A stretch of DNA of 62,342 nucleotides, counting the filler, from Hausera hauseri (Eukaryota): the NCBI GenBank assembly GCA_046269625.1. It is 11 parts of 11 records of this genome, joined end to end, with 100 filler letters (N's around TTAATTAATTAA, not from the genome) between each part and the next. Parts side by side here need not be neighbours in the genome. Positions count along the whole stretch, not along the records: positions 43,588 to 51,955 come from JBJURY010669884.1; positions 52,056 to 57,760 come from JBJURY010202858.1; positions 57,861 to 62,342 come from JBJURY010559562.1; 8 more parts are not named here. One strand, 5' to 3'. Of the stretch, positions 49,219 to 62,099 are shown piece after piece. Within the stretch, counting starts at the first letter, position 1; each line of letters begins with the position of its first letter. A program made the translations under genes and the position numbers. Under the pieces are notes generated by a model. The model worked only from the letters and a program-made list of their open reading frames with translations, had not been told where the DNA came from and searched no databases.

Positions 49219-50570
49219 TCATATATTCAATATAAAACATCCAATGTCAAAGTCAACCATCAAATCTCCACCAACCGCGCAATCAGAAAATGGCACAGAA
49301 AATACTGTCAAAATAGCATTTTTTTTCCTCATCGCAATCCAGTCATCGGCAACGCTGGGACTTGCTAAATAAACTTTCTCTGTCCCTAGTTTACCCGACA
49401 AAAGAGACGCCAAATCACTACCATAGAACAACCCATCGGATAAAATCCACTGACCAAACGGACTCGTCATGAGGCCCAAATAGACGGCAAATAAATTTAC
49501 AAACGCCAATGATGCTGACAAAGCAGTTATCAGCATATCCTTTGTCGTATTGTCCAGCAATTCGAATTCTTAATTTTAACTCAGTCGGTTTTTCTGTCTA
49601 TTTGTAATCATTTAGTCCATGAAATACTTCTTTAATTGAAGTATTTTTATTTATTTCGTCAAATGCTTTGAATAAATAATTTCGTGCAGCATTTGTCTGA
49701 TTGTCGTTGGATAATTCCGATGTAATCAACTGATGACACGATTTGAACTGATTGTGTAATTGCTGTCTAACGAATAACTGATTAAAACAACATGTACAAT
49801 CGACACATTTTCCTTCATCTCCACTTGTACACAAAACACGTTTAAAATCTGATTCTCCGCCGCCTTTTTCACATACATGTAAAGGATTTAAAATGACTGG
49901 TTCAGAATATTTATTTTTACAATGAAAACAAACTGTAGGTGATTCCTGTTGAACTTTAAGACTGTCACTTTCTTCATATTCAAAAGAAAAATCTAAATCT
50001 GATATAAATCTGATATGATTGCGAAATTTATCGGGTCGTTATTTCGTGGTTGCTCTGTATAGTAAAATATCGTATAATGGTAATATATCACAACGAATGC
50101 ATTACTTAAAAAGCAACTGCCATGTAAAAAATAAGTTCCGAGGGTGTCCCCAAAAGTTGCCAAAATCACCCACCTTTGTGTTCCAAGTGTGTGGTGGCCG
50201 CGGTATGCGCAGTCCACTTGACTGATTTCTTGATATCTGCCGAACCAGAAATTTGTAATAAATGACTTTGGATTTTCTGGAACTTCTGACACCAAATGTT
50301 GTGACCAGAGTTTTCATTAATTGTAATATGTATCTTTTCTATATCAGACTTATTTACGATTAATATAAAGTGAGTGACCCGATTTTGTTGGTGCTTGGAA
50401 ATACCCTCAGAAAAATTTACTTGCCCCAACGGAGTTTGTTTTTCTATTGGAACGGGGGATTTATTAGTCATTATAAATTTCAAGTTCTTCCAAAAGTATT
50501 TATTTTCAAAGCAATCAACGAATAATTCAAATATTTTTGTATCAAGGATAAATCTGTATTTCAATATTGT
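49219..50570 (-). mobile_element. LTR 3' end and PBS (50296-50279) followed by non-gag Cys-rich and hydrophobic ORFs
   Basis: CACAACA|TTTGGTGTCAGAAG; an open frame at about 50040-49598 with CFHC...C...C...CVDCTCC; ORF 49219-49560 is hydrophobic. Confidence 0.55.
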
Positions 50571-50869
50571 ATATTACAGTTTTCTTTTCAATTTCTTTTG
50601 AATTTCAATTTTTTGTTTTTCTATGCTGGAACCAAGTACTTTAATAAAGCAAAGCGATTCTCGCAATCAAATGGTAACTTCCGGAAGCTATTTCACTAAA
50701 TAATCACATATATACAACATCTACTATTATTACAGTATTAGATATAATGATAAAATATAATGTGGCGAACCGCAACACCTTTGATGGGCACAACACTATT
50801 CCGCACGGCTGAATTGAAAACCGTGAAACCAAAAAAATTAACAAGAAAAATAAACAACAAGAAAAATGC

Positions 50870-51955
50870 TTATGAGGTTTTCGTGTGTATCAGGCGTTGT
50901 ATTTTCTCAGAATTTAGTTGTCTACTGTAGGTACTGAATATCACTGACTTATGATGTCTCAATGTTTTGGTGTCTGGTTGTTGGAGTGGTTTTGGAAGAA
51001 CAATATCAGCTTCTGCACTGTTGGATGTTATCTCCTGCGAATGTAAGTCAGAAGGGAAAGAAGTGACTGAGGGTGTATGATTGATGTTATCTCGTGTAGT
51101 ACTAGAGGATAATGGGTCGAAAGAATAAGGAAGGTTTTCAATGACAAAAGTATAATCTGGAAAAGGAATAGGAGGACAATTGAAAGGTGAAGTAGAAGCA
51201 GAAACAGAAACAGGTACAGAAGGAGATGTAGGAGTCAAAAAGGGAGTTGATGTTTCAATAGGAGAGGTATCATCAACGAAAAAGGCCGGTTTTACGTTGT
51301 TAATATGAACTGCGTTTTCCTTGCCGTGTTTAAGGATGATGGCGTTGTGAGAGTGTAACTGGATCAGTTTATAAGGTCCCAAATACTGTGGTTGAAAACC
51401 GCTCGGCGTTTGATTTTTCAGCCAAACGAATTTTGCTGAATAAAGGTCATCTGGTAAATATGTTTTGTCATTGTGTAGCAACCTACAAAATGTGTCTTTA
51501 CTGGCTGTAACAAAGTGGTTTTGTGCCACTCGTATTGTTTCGTCCGTAGGTGTGTCTTCTAAAGCCGCCAGTTCGAACAAGGACCGTACAGGAGCACCAA
51601 ATAGGGCTTCTGTAGATGAGAATCCTGTAGAAGTGGATATAGTGTTCCGCCAGCCAAGCAGAACAAACGGTAGGAGAGTTGTCCAGTTTGCATTGGATTC
51701 TGCCATAATTTTAAGCGATGCTTTTAGCGTTCGATAAAACCGTTCAAGAAGGCCGTTTGATTGAGGATGACAAGATGTCGTTTAGATGTGGCTTATCCCC
51801 AATCGGTTAACCAGTGATTTAAACAGATTTGATTCAAATTGAGGGCCTTGGTCCGAGACGATGAAACAAGGAGATCCGAACCTACTAATCCACGTACCAA
51901 TGAAAGCATCCGCCATGCTTGGGACCATCGCGACGAACGGTCCATCATGGTCAGA
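50870..51955 (-). mobile_element. Gypsy integrase core and C-terminus
   Basis: IVSDQGPQFES, HPQSNGLLERFYRTLK, LPFVLLGWRN and YLGPYKL. Confidence 0.92.
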
Positions 51956-52496
51956 NNNNNNNNNNNNNNNNNNNNNNNNNNNNNNNNNNNNNNNNNNNNT
52001 TAATTAATTAANNNNNNNNNNNNNNNNNNNNNNNNNNNNNNNNNNNNNNNNNNNNTGAGCAAAAGTTAATAGCGGTTCGGCTTACAGAAATTTAAGGGAG
52101 AGGCGCTAGAAGAAAAAACAAAACTGAAAATGCTCACGTGTAACGCGAAACATGTTGCTAGCACGGAGAAAAATGTGTACAAATGATAAATCAATGTTGG
52201 TGAATTCAATGGACACGGTTGCAACTCAATTAGACCGTGGGAACGTGGGAAAAATCTGTGCGAAAATTTCAAACGGGGAAAATTTCCCCTTACACAAGTC
52301 AAACGGCGATGGAAATGAGTTGATGGAAATTGGTGTCAGAGCATATTTTGGAAAATGGATGAAAAAAAACGTATTTTTAACTTCTAACGATACCCAGATT
52401 CTCCAAGATAGCAAAGAAATGGTTAGTATTGCCGACGAATTTAATATATTTGATTTATCAGTTGATTTAAAACTGTTGTTTTTCATAGTTTGCGAA

Positions 52497-53695
52497 ATGG
52501 TAGCATTAAAAATTTTCAGGTCTTCAAATAATTATTTGATTCGATGTTTTGCATTTCGCGAAAAGCATGTTGAAATAATGCATGAAGTGAATATTCAAAT
52601 AATAAGTGATTCTTACCGAAACAGATTTTCTTACAATTCACCATCACAAAAACTTGATTTACGTGAAACGTGTAGCATTCTTGAGAAATTGAATGTTGAT
52701 ATTTCAAAAATATATAAAAGTAAATTCGTTGAATTCGACCTACCGACGAAGCATGGAAATAATGTTGAAAGCCATCTGGAAAATGCTGCTAAACGGATTA
52801 CTTCGCCTTTTTTGACACTTTTTAACGACGTCATTGGTGATTGGAATATTCCAACAATCCCAAAACAGTGGAAATTCTAAAGTGGATGGATGAAATACGA
52901 TAAAACCAATCAAAGTGCAAGTAAGGTTGACGTTCCAGATGAAGATCTATTATTTTTCGACGTTGAAATAATCACTGATAAAAGTCATCGGGCAGTAATT
53001 GCTGTTGCTTTGGAAGCCAACAATTCGTATTCATGGACGAGTGATCAGATGGTAAAGGGTATTCCACGGAATAATTTCAATATAACAAGCGATGAATTGG
53101 TTCCGATTTCCGATAGAATGAATAAATTTAAGCCGAAATGGATAATTGGGCATTTTGTTAGTCTCGATCGACAACAAATAATGGATGAATACTATATTGC
53201 AAGTAGCGCTATTTGGTTTATCGATACAATGTCGTTACATATTAACATTTGCGGAATGATGTCGTTACAGAGGAGTTTGAAACAGTCATTTGATAAAAAT
53301 CGTGTTGACAATAAATTATGGAGACAATTTTATTTAAATGATCGAGAAGATATTGATGATTTTTCTATTGAAGAAATTAGTGATAATGAAAAGTAGATCA
53401 ATGACGCTTCATTCATTGGCCTACAGGAAGGGTTCACACATTATTATTCCAAAAGTAATATTGCTACATGTAAAAAGTTGCAAGAAGTTTTCCTAAAGGG
53501 TTCTACGGAATTTGTAGTAAAAGATTTTTAAAGTCTAACCACATATTACGCTACCAATGTATTAACGACTGCTTTGATATGTCGAAAATTATGGCCTGAA
53601 TTTCCTGATCGTTTCCCTAATTTGGTAACAGTTGCCAGGGTGCTTGAAATGGGTTCTTTTTATCTTTCAGTTAATGAGAACTGGAACAAATATAG
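52497..53695 (+). pseudogene. POLG: Mitochondrial DNA polymerase gamma catalytic subunit, exonuclease region, intronless decayed copy
   Basis: ExoI FFDVE, ExoII IIGHFVSLDR, FIDTMSLH and FPDRFPNLVT...LEMGSFYLSVNENW.KY. Confidence 0.9.
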
Positions 53696-53714
53696 AAAAA
53701 GTGCCCGAATTCAT

Positions 53715-54858
53715 CTGGATTTATTACCGCAAACGAGACAAACAATAAAAAATCGTTTCGCAACATTTTTGCGATCGTACATGAATTTCGAGGGGAAGTC
53801 GATGTATTCTAAACGAATTTCTGCTATGGCATAAAGGATTGAGCGAAGTTTCGCTGTCGATTATGAGCATTTGGTAGCAACTGAACAGGCATTAGCACAT
53901 TTTGTACCGGAAGCACCATTGTAAATGTTGGAAATATTTGATGAGGTAGCATTTGAAGCCATCAAACACAGATACAAAAAATACGAGAAAATATCAAACA
54001 TTATCCACATACGCATTTGCCATCTACCCTTAATTGAAGAAATAAGATCTCTACGTAAAACTCACATCAATCAGTTAATTCGTGTCTCCGGAGTAGTTGA
54101 AAATTGCATAAATACTTTCCCTCAGTTGAGTCAAGTTTATTAAGGATGCGTCTAATGTTGCTGCGTCGTTGGACCGTTTATACAATCTTAGGTGAATAAG
54201 TAAATTAAACCGACATCTTGTCCAGATTGCCAGCCGATTGGACCTTTTAACATCGATCCTGAACAGACTGTATACAAAAATTATCAAAGAATTACTATTC
54301 AAGAAACTCCAGGACATGTTGTTGCTGGGCAATTGCCACGTAGTCAGAAGACAGTTCTGACGGACGACCTTGTTGATATGTGCAAACCTAGTGACGAAAT
54401 TGATGTTACTGGCATTTTGTGTTTGCAATACGATTCGTCAATGTTAGTAGATGGCGTATCTACCATTCCGACCTCGACGTCATTCGGTGATTGTAAGACT
54501 GAATTATTCATTAGAAATTTATTATAAAAGTTTGTATAACAATTATCTCCTTCACTCATTAAATGATTCTTCTTTTCAAACATTTTTGAATTTCCTGATT
54601 TTATATTGGCTGTTTATTGATTTAACTGAATTGAATTTAAACTTTGATATTCGTTTAAATTCCTGCTCACAGTCACAAAATATCAAACATGGATTTCCTG
54701 CGTTCTATATTTATATCCTCGTCAATAACCTGATAAAAACTGATGAACAACTCATCCTCAGTGGACTAAACGATGAGGAAGTTTCGGTGACTAACGCGTT
54801 GTCAAAGGACGAGAGACTGTTTGAACGTATCGTCAAAAGTATTGGGCCGATCATCTAT
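53715..54858 (+). pseudogene. MCM2: MCM2 N-terminal region, intronless decayed copy
   Basis: IKNRF..FLR, PEAP..MLEIFDEVA, LPLIEEIRSLRK.H.NQLIR.SGVV, CPDCQ..GPF, NYQRITIQE.PG.V.AGQLPRS and HGFP. Confidence 0.93.
54442..54671 (-). mobile_element. Solo LTR inserted in the MCM2 copy
   Basis: TG..CA ends and a 5-bp target duplication GTCAA/GTCAC. It is homologous to LTR 17378-17601, and its removal restores YDSSQNIKHGFP. Confidence 0.9.
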
Positions 54859-54859
54859 G

Positions 54860-56620
54860 AAATGGATGCAATTCCTCCCTCTGCACGATATCTTGCTAAT
54901 AAAACCGATTTCGCGTTCACCGACCCTATTCATTATATCTATAGCTTCAAATTGCGAAACCTTACGCGTTGTAAAACATCAACGGCACAGCAAGTTCTTC
55001 AGATAGATCTCATGATCGTATCCACCAGTTACGTTTTGCTCTGCGTTAAGTAAAACAGTAATATCACCAAGGATTCGGACAAATTTACTTTCTGGACAAA
55101 ACTTTTTTTGAAATCCGATACTCCAGAACACGGAGCACAAACCCTCCGACAATTGTCGAAAGAGCTGTTACAACCACTCGATGGACTGCTGTGCGTTCTG
55201 GAGACTTTGTAAGCAAAGGATCACGAGTGAAGCTGACTACTACGGATTTGGCAGCGTTCGCCGATATGGAACCGGACGGCAAATTTGATTTCTTTGACAC
55301 TGTGGCATTGAAGGAACTTAGCAGTCAGTTAGAACGACTGCAGGAATTACCTCACTCATTTGGATTTTGTCAGTCTGTTGTACCACTCGCCACTGTTCAC
55401 CAAATAGGCGCAGATATATTTGATGTGCGCTTTACAGGAGAATTCCACACTGCCATCGACATGTTCAGAACTGAATTACACCGGCGGTTTGCTCATATCG
55501 TAGACCGCACATCCACAATTGGTGGATCAGATATTAACGAGGGACAGCAACTCGTGTTATATGCTCTTCTGTTTACCATTCGCGACGTTAAGGAATCTTC
55601 CTCTCCTCTGGAACATTTATTCACTGACAGTTCATCTCTGGACATCGATATCATGCTTGTTGACTTAGCTGCCTTTGGTCGTACGGCAACTGCTTCCCCT
55701 GCTACCTCCGGTCCATGAAAGTCTGTCAACAACAATTATTCGCTTGAAGAAACGAGTAAGTCACTGGGATATTGGGGAATAACGATTGAGCACGGCATCA
55801 TTACGATTAACGCGTTTAAAACGATTATAAAGAAGAGTTATTTTGGTAATGACGTTAACTTTAGAACTGATGAAAACGCCGAATTCAAACAAACATTGGC
55901 TCAATCGCGTAATTGTCGGAATTCGATTCGAGAATAGGTTGTTAATCACACCAAGAATTTTGGTCAGCAAGGCTCAGGCACTAAGTCAGGTGTTGTGCAT
56001 CAACAATGATTCATTGTACTTTGGTGCTGCATTCGTCATGAAAGACAATGGCGAACGAATTGGCCTGAAGAGACGGACAGTTACATCAGACGTTCGATTA
56101 CAATTCATTCGACACATAACTTTGCATATAATGCCAACGATGTCCCACCGAATGATTTCGTACTTTCCGGCAATACTCAGATCTTTACGGGATAACACCG
56201 TGTTGAACATGCTCCTCGACGACTTCGGAACCCAAATTATCACTTTCGAACGTAAGCCGATTACTGATACATTTATATTTTCTGTAAATATTTTTAAATT
56301 TCCACTACCCGAAGCTTACCAACTTCTCAAAAGTCGAATTCGTAATTCAATTTGTTTACACTTTTATGGCTTAGTCCAAAAGTTAGTTAGGAAGTAAAAG
56401 GAAGCCACGAAATGTTATCCGAAAATTTCGAAATAGGCTCAAGAGTTCATTCAGCCATTGCGTGATTTCGGGGGGGGGGAGGAACTCGGGCACCCCGTAT
56501 TTTCGTACTCGCCCCGTCGAGGCTAAGATCCCGACCGTCAACCCTGCGCCGGTCGGTCGGGGGAGGGGAGCACCTTCGACGTCGTCCCCAAGTCACGCCC
56601 CAGGCCCACCACTGACCCCA
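54860..56620 (+). pseudogene. Unknown coding region upstream of UBL-Gag
   Basis: Consecutive ORFs 55191-55718, 55843-56397 and 56462-56797 with no recognised family. Confidence 0.5.
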
Positions 56621-56624
56621 CCTC

Positions 56625-57760
56625 CATTCTCTTTTTTTATAATAACATTTACACCTTTCAAACCCACCTTTCTTCTATCCTTGGTTCTTCAGACTTCTTC
56701 CTTACTCATCACGGCGCTATCATTCATATTAACGAAACTTTATCTTTTCCAAATCGAGCTTGCTTCAACATACATCTCCGTATCCGTGGTGGAATGAATT
56801 CCCCACCGATCACTGACACCACGGATACAACCACCACGAAAAAGCCAATACCCATTCTTTATTACTCCAAACCAAACACTCCGCTTTCTTCAATCGATGA
56901 AATTCCCATAAAAACCTTACCAATACTCAACACTGCACTGAATACTTCGTAGGTAACGAAAAGTCCAGTAAAATGTGGCTTCATTTGCACAAACTCTGTC
57001 TCCAGTCTAGTGGTATCACAAAATCCTTATCTAAAGCCCACAGCTTGCTCTATCTCCTCCCGAATTCCATAAAAGCCTCAATACACAATCTGCTAGAGAT
57101 CTTTCAACACCCTGACCCTTATACCCAACTATTCGATGCTGTATTGAAAGAGACCGAATTTTCCATTGACTTTATAATGCAGCATTTCTTCAACGAAAAT
57201 GCACTGGGCACACAAAAACCCAGCGACTTCTTACGCACTTCACTGGCACACTTGCGTATTCTTGGAGTAACTAAGGAACAAAACCCTGATATTCTACGCC
57301 ATTATTTTCTGAATGCCCTACCTATCCAAATACTGGCCTTTCTTACCGTGGTGAAAGACTCCACGCAGCTTGAAAAATTGGCCGAATTGGCCGATAGGAC
57401 ATGCGATGTCCTCCACATAAATTCGCAACCCGTAGTTTCAGCAACAGTTGCTGCTAACGACATATAAACAACTAACACGTGCATAGAACAGCAGCTAAAT
57501 CAGTTACGTGCTAAAAATATTGCATTTCAGGCAACTATCAACAACATAAATAATAAATTAAATGAATTGTCTCTGTCCCGACGAGGGGGTTTTGTCGTTT
57601 CCCGTGCCCGTTCTACGTCACGAAACCGCTCACCATCACCTGCGCGTTCGTCGATCTGCTACTACCACAGCAGATTCAACACTAATGCTCAGAAATGCTG
57701 CCTGGGTTGCCAATTTTACAACAGTAAATTTTCCTCCAACACCGTTATCTGCATTTACCA
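56625..57760 (+). mobile_element. Ubiquitin-like domain ending RIRGG (copy 3) and Gypsy Gag
   Basis: SDFFLTHHGAIIHINETLSFPNRACFNIHLRIRGG, with RIRGG at 56779-56793. Gag has LGTQKPSDFLR, RSRxRSPS and CYYHSRF...A.KC...C. Confidence 0.85.
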
Positions 57761-57860
57761 NNNNNNNNNNNNNNNNNNNNNNNNNNNNNNNNNNNNNNNN
57801 NNNNTTAATTAATTAANNNNNNNNNNNNNNNNNNNNNNNNNNNNNNNNNNNNNNNNNNNN

Positions 57861-58560
57861 TCTTGACCGACAACGGTAAGTGTTTCTCGGGAAGCAAATT
57901 TCGAGAATTTTGCAAGGAATACGGAATTAAGCAAATATTCAGCAGTCCGTTTCAACATCAATAATCTAATGGGTTGGCAGAAAGGGTCATCCGAACGGTT
58001 CGGGATATATTGGTAACAAGTGCAGCAGAAACGTTGGGTAGAGCATGGTGGAAGTCACTACCGAAAATTGAATTTTTGTTAAATGCCACAGTACAAAGCA
58101 CAACGGGACACTCATTGTTTGAAATTGTTTTTAAACGAGAAATCAATTTTCACGCGGCTGGAGAAGTCACAAGACAGATCAATTATGACAAACTGACACA
58201 AAATATTACAAGACATATTACAGAGGAAGCTAACCGAATGGAAAATTTCGAGAGAGAGAAGAGAAGGAAACGAAAATTTGAAATTGGACAGAAAGTTTTC
58301 GCGAAAGTAGACCCTTATTAAAGAAGCCTATCAGTTCGAAGGAGCGTATCAAATAATTGGACAAATTTTGCCGTATCAGTGGGAGTTAAAAAATACGGAA
58401 GACGGTAAGACAATTCGAAGAAAGGTTGAAAAAAGTGAACAAGGATTATAAAAGCGAGGGAAAAGTGATGGGTTAAAAAAATAATTAAAATTATTTATTT
58501 TTCATAAACAAAATTTTCTTTCGATATTTTTAATTAATAAATTACATTAATAACTTTAAC
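57861..58560 (+). mobile_element. Gypsy integrase C-terminal half, polypurine tract and start of the 3' LTR
   Basis: LTDNGKCF, SSPFQHQ*SNGLAERVIRT, FEGAY, and AAAAGCGAGGGAAAAG|TG at about 58465. Confidence 0.85.
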
Positions 58561-59444
58561 TTTTGACGAAATGTGCAATAAGAAGTCAAGTGATATTTCG
58601 GATTTCGATGCGCTGTTTTTAGCGATCAAACCCATCATAACCGTTATTAACTCAAGAAAGTTAAATATAAGCGATGATGATACATTTTGACTTATTAATC
58701 ATTTTCTTATATTAAACCATGTTCATGGTCTCATAAATAACTACAGAGACAGGACGTTTGTTTAAATCTATTATTTTATTTTAGAATTTCTTTCGAAGCA
58801 ACATTTAGTGATATAATGTAAAGTGATGTCTTTTTGAGGACAATAATGTTACGAAATTTTTGATGCTGATATTTCTCAAAATTACTGTCCCCGGAAAGAC
58901 ATCACTTAATTTGATACTGAAACTCATTTAAATAATTATATATTTAGGAAAGTATAAAAATATAACAAAATCTATATAGTACAGCTTCAATGTAGTATAA
59001 AACGGTTTTTTTCTTCCTATAATTACACTCCAATAGGCACTGAAAATTTTCAAATCTGTTTAAGTTATGTCGTAATTAAAACATGCGTGGGAATATGGGG
59101 GAGACTTTTTACGCTACATTGGATTTGTAATATTTAGATTTTATTAAATTTTCATACCTTTCCAAATAAAAAATTTTAAATGAATTAAAAAACGTGCAAA
59201 TTTGTATTAAAATGAAATAACAGATATAAACAAATATCCAGTCGCCGAACTTATTTGTCAGACTTTGTATTACAACAAATGCCCGTAAGTACTAGAAAAT
59301 CTACAAATAAAAATTAAATTTCCCTACATACATACATATCAAAACGACGATTGAAATATATTTACAAAGAGAGAGAGAGAGAGAGAGAGCGAGACAGACA
59401 GACAGAAGAAATAAAACACGCAAACATAACAATAAATGCTAACA

Positions 59445-62099
59445 TCAACGAGGTAACACAAAACACTGCACATTCATACTATCATTTTTTATGGCACCAG
59501 GCAACTTTTTCAATTCGCCAAATGACTGAAACTCCACAAATCCATCAAAACAATCATTGATCAAATTTTCTGGTCGCTCATATGCCGCTCGTCTCGCTCC
59601 AGAATTTTCCCGACTAAATCGTTTCATCAAGGCATTCAATCCCGTTTCCTGATTGACAATTGAAATCTCCACAATCCGTGACATTGGCCACGGTAAATTT
59701 TTGTCATTCGGTCCATTCATCAATTGGAATGCCAACCACAAACCATCGGAGAATTTCGATATCCAAAAATACAATCGCAATTTGTAGCCAGTGGAATTTG
59801 CGTTACTGAAAAATGGTTTGCTGTATTCCCATTTGTTATTCATGAACTTTGTTGTAATGTTAGAAATTTTCCATGAAAATTTTTCCATTTCCCCTCCATT
59901 CGTGCCAAATTCCGTTTGAGACGGTTCCCAATAAATAACTTCGGCATCCTTTTTCTTGTTTTTATTCACGACAGAAAAATCACTCGACGGATTTTCCTAC
60001 AACACAACTCGTTAGTTTCGCAAAATTCCAATGAACCTTGTCGAGTCTCGATGATCTATTCTGCAATTCAAAGTCACTATCAGTGTTGCTGTCACGGAGG
60101 TCGGTGTCTTCATCATAGCGACGTATTTTTAATGGGCTCATTTCGGTTGGTTTTGTTGTTTTGCATATATCAACCCGTTTTTTCTTTAGAAATGCATTGA
60201 CAACACGGTGTTTTGTCTGTGGATATCGATAGAATCAAATCAATTATTTCATATTTCACAATCGTACCTGTTTGTTGTCACTATGATCTGACTTTGACTT
60301 TCGTTGAATATTTGTCAAATCGACCTGAATACAACTCATATTTGATGGAAACAGAAATAGACAAACACATTATCCATTAGAAATAAAATAAATTAAATGG
60401 ATTTATCATTAAATTTTATATGAATTAATAATACTTTTACAAACGAATTACTGTCGTCAAATGTTGGAATTTCGTCTTCTTTCTGAATACTTCTCATTCA
60501 TTTCCCCATTAAATGAAAATGATTAACATTCATCATCAGTCATCAGAATGACAATACACAAATGATTTTGAATATTAAATTAACTGAATACAATTTTAAT
60601 TTGTCAAATTATTAACAACAATTCATTAATAATCAATTATTATTGTAATATTGATATAGAAAATGATGGATGGGTATTTTATGAAAATGTTAAATAAATT
60701 GGACTATTGAATGGGGAGTAGAATGGGGGAGGGGAGGACGTAACTTGGAATTTGAATTTTCAAAATGATTTTTCATTTTGTATTAGATAACACAACGTTT
60801 TGTAAATAATTTTCATAAGAATCCATATCAAAATTACACGTCATTCTAATAGCAAATGCAAAAAGTCCTATCCATTTCTGTGACGGATAAATGCCATTTG
60901 GATAATTGATTATAAATTCTAGATGAGAATTTTGTATGATAACAACCGTATGTTTTATCAATGGATTCATATCATAACAATGTCATATTACTAATTTATT
61001 AAATTCTTTACATTTCATATCAATAATTTTTATAAGTTTACCTACAATTGATTGTATTCGTAATGAAGTTATTATTACCAATAAATAAAATGTTATTTCA
61101 AATATAATTTTCATGTCAAATTATCAAATTGTCCCATAATTCTTATTGAAAATTTAAATCAACATGACAATGAACTTCAACTTCATTCCAAACAATTGTT
61201 TGTTATGTCTATCAAAAAGAAGTCGATGGTCGTTACTTCATTTCCTTTTGTTTAATATCATAGACAATCCATTGCCAAATTGTAATCTTCCTTCTTGTCC
61301 ATCGACGTTTAATCGTAACCCAAAATTTTATTTTACCAATTTCACACTAAATTCCACTCGACTGTTACCATTTCATCATTTCAATAAAAACCCCATCTAA
61401 ACGATACTACAAAATTTGCTCACCCGATCATTCTTCAACGCCGCCAAATCTGACAGAATTTCGTCCTGTTTTCGTCGGAGTTCGGCAATTTCTTTTATCG
61501 ATTCATTCTGAAACAAGAGAAATGGATTTCAAATACAACAAAATATTTACCATTCGTTTTTCTAATGATATAAATTTTCTTTTCCAAATAATATTATCAG
61601 CACCATCGTAATTTTCTTCTCCATCTACAGCTGTTGTCGATTGTTCATTGAATTGATCGTTATTGAAGTGATCTTTCATATGTTCGTACAATTTCTTTAA
61701 TTGCCATTTCTCACCACAATTCTGATACGGGCATTTCACATGCAAATATGACACTTGCATGTTGCCCGGTGCGTCTTTCACAATGTTCTCGTTCACGTTC
61801 AACAATTGTTCGCTACATTCCTCCTTTCCACCTGGACAAATTTTTTCGTCATTGCTCAAGTACTCCGTAATACATGCTGAACAAAATTTGCATCCACATG
61901 GTGCAAAACATGAGTCAATCAATATCTTTTTACAAATGATGCATTTTAAATTATCTGGAATGGTGGATACAAAATGAATATCGTACAATCGCAAAATTCG
62001 AAAAACGTCAGTCATATCTTTTTGATGATAATTTTTCAAATAATGTTTATAATTGTAAATGTCAAACTATATAGGTTTAAAAAGGTTGTGTTTATCCAT
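59445..62099 (-). CDS. TRAF: TRAF-like gene (RING, zinc finger, coiled coil, MATH), spliced and possibly disabled
   Basis: RING CIIC..PCGCKFCSAC..CP and zinc finger CPYQNC..H..DH. MATH FSWKI..YSKPF...GYKLRL..LM.GPND..LPWP. Introns at 61508-61550, 60325-61423 and nearby. In-frame stops near 62068 and 59980. Confidence 0.8.

Noticed and set aside
52152-52496. N-terminal extension of the POLG-containing ORF
   Set aside because: No recognisable similarity. The ATG at 52497 gives a plausible mitochondrial presequence, so the upstream part is likely an incidental open frame.
58820-58910. Inverted repeat AAGTGATGTCTTT / AAAGACATCACTT
   Set aside because: 13 bp, single occurrence and no supporting context; at most a MITE remnant.
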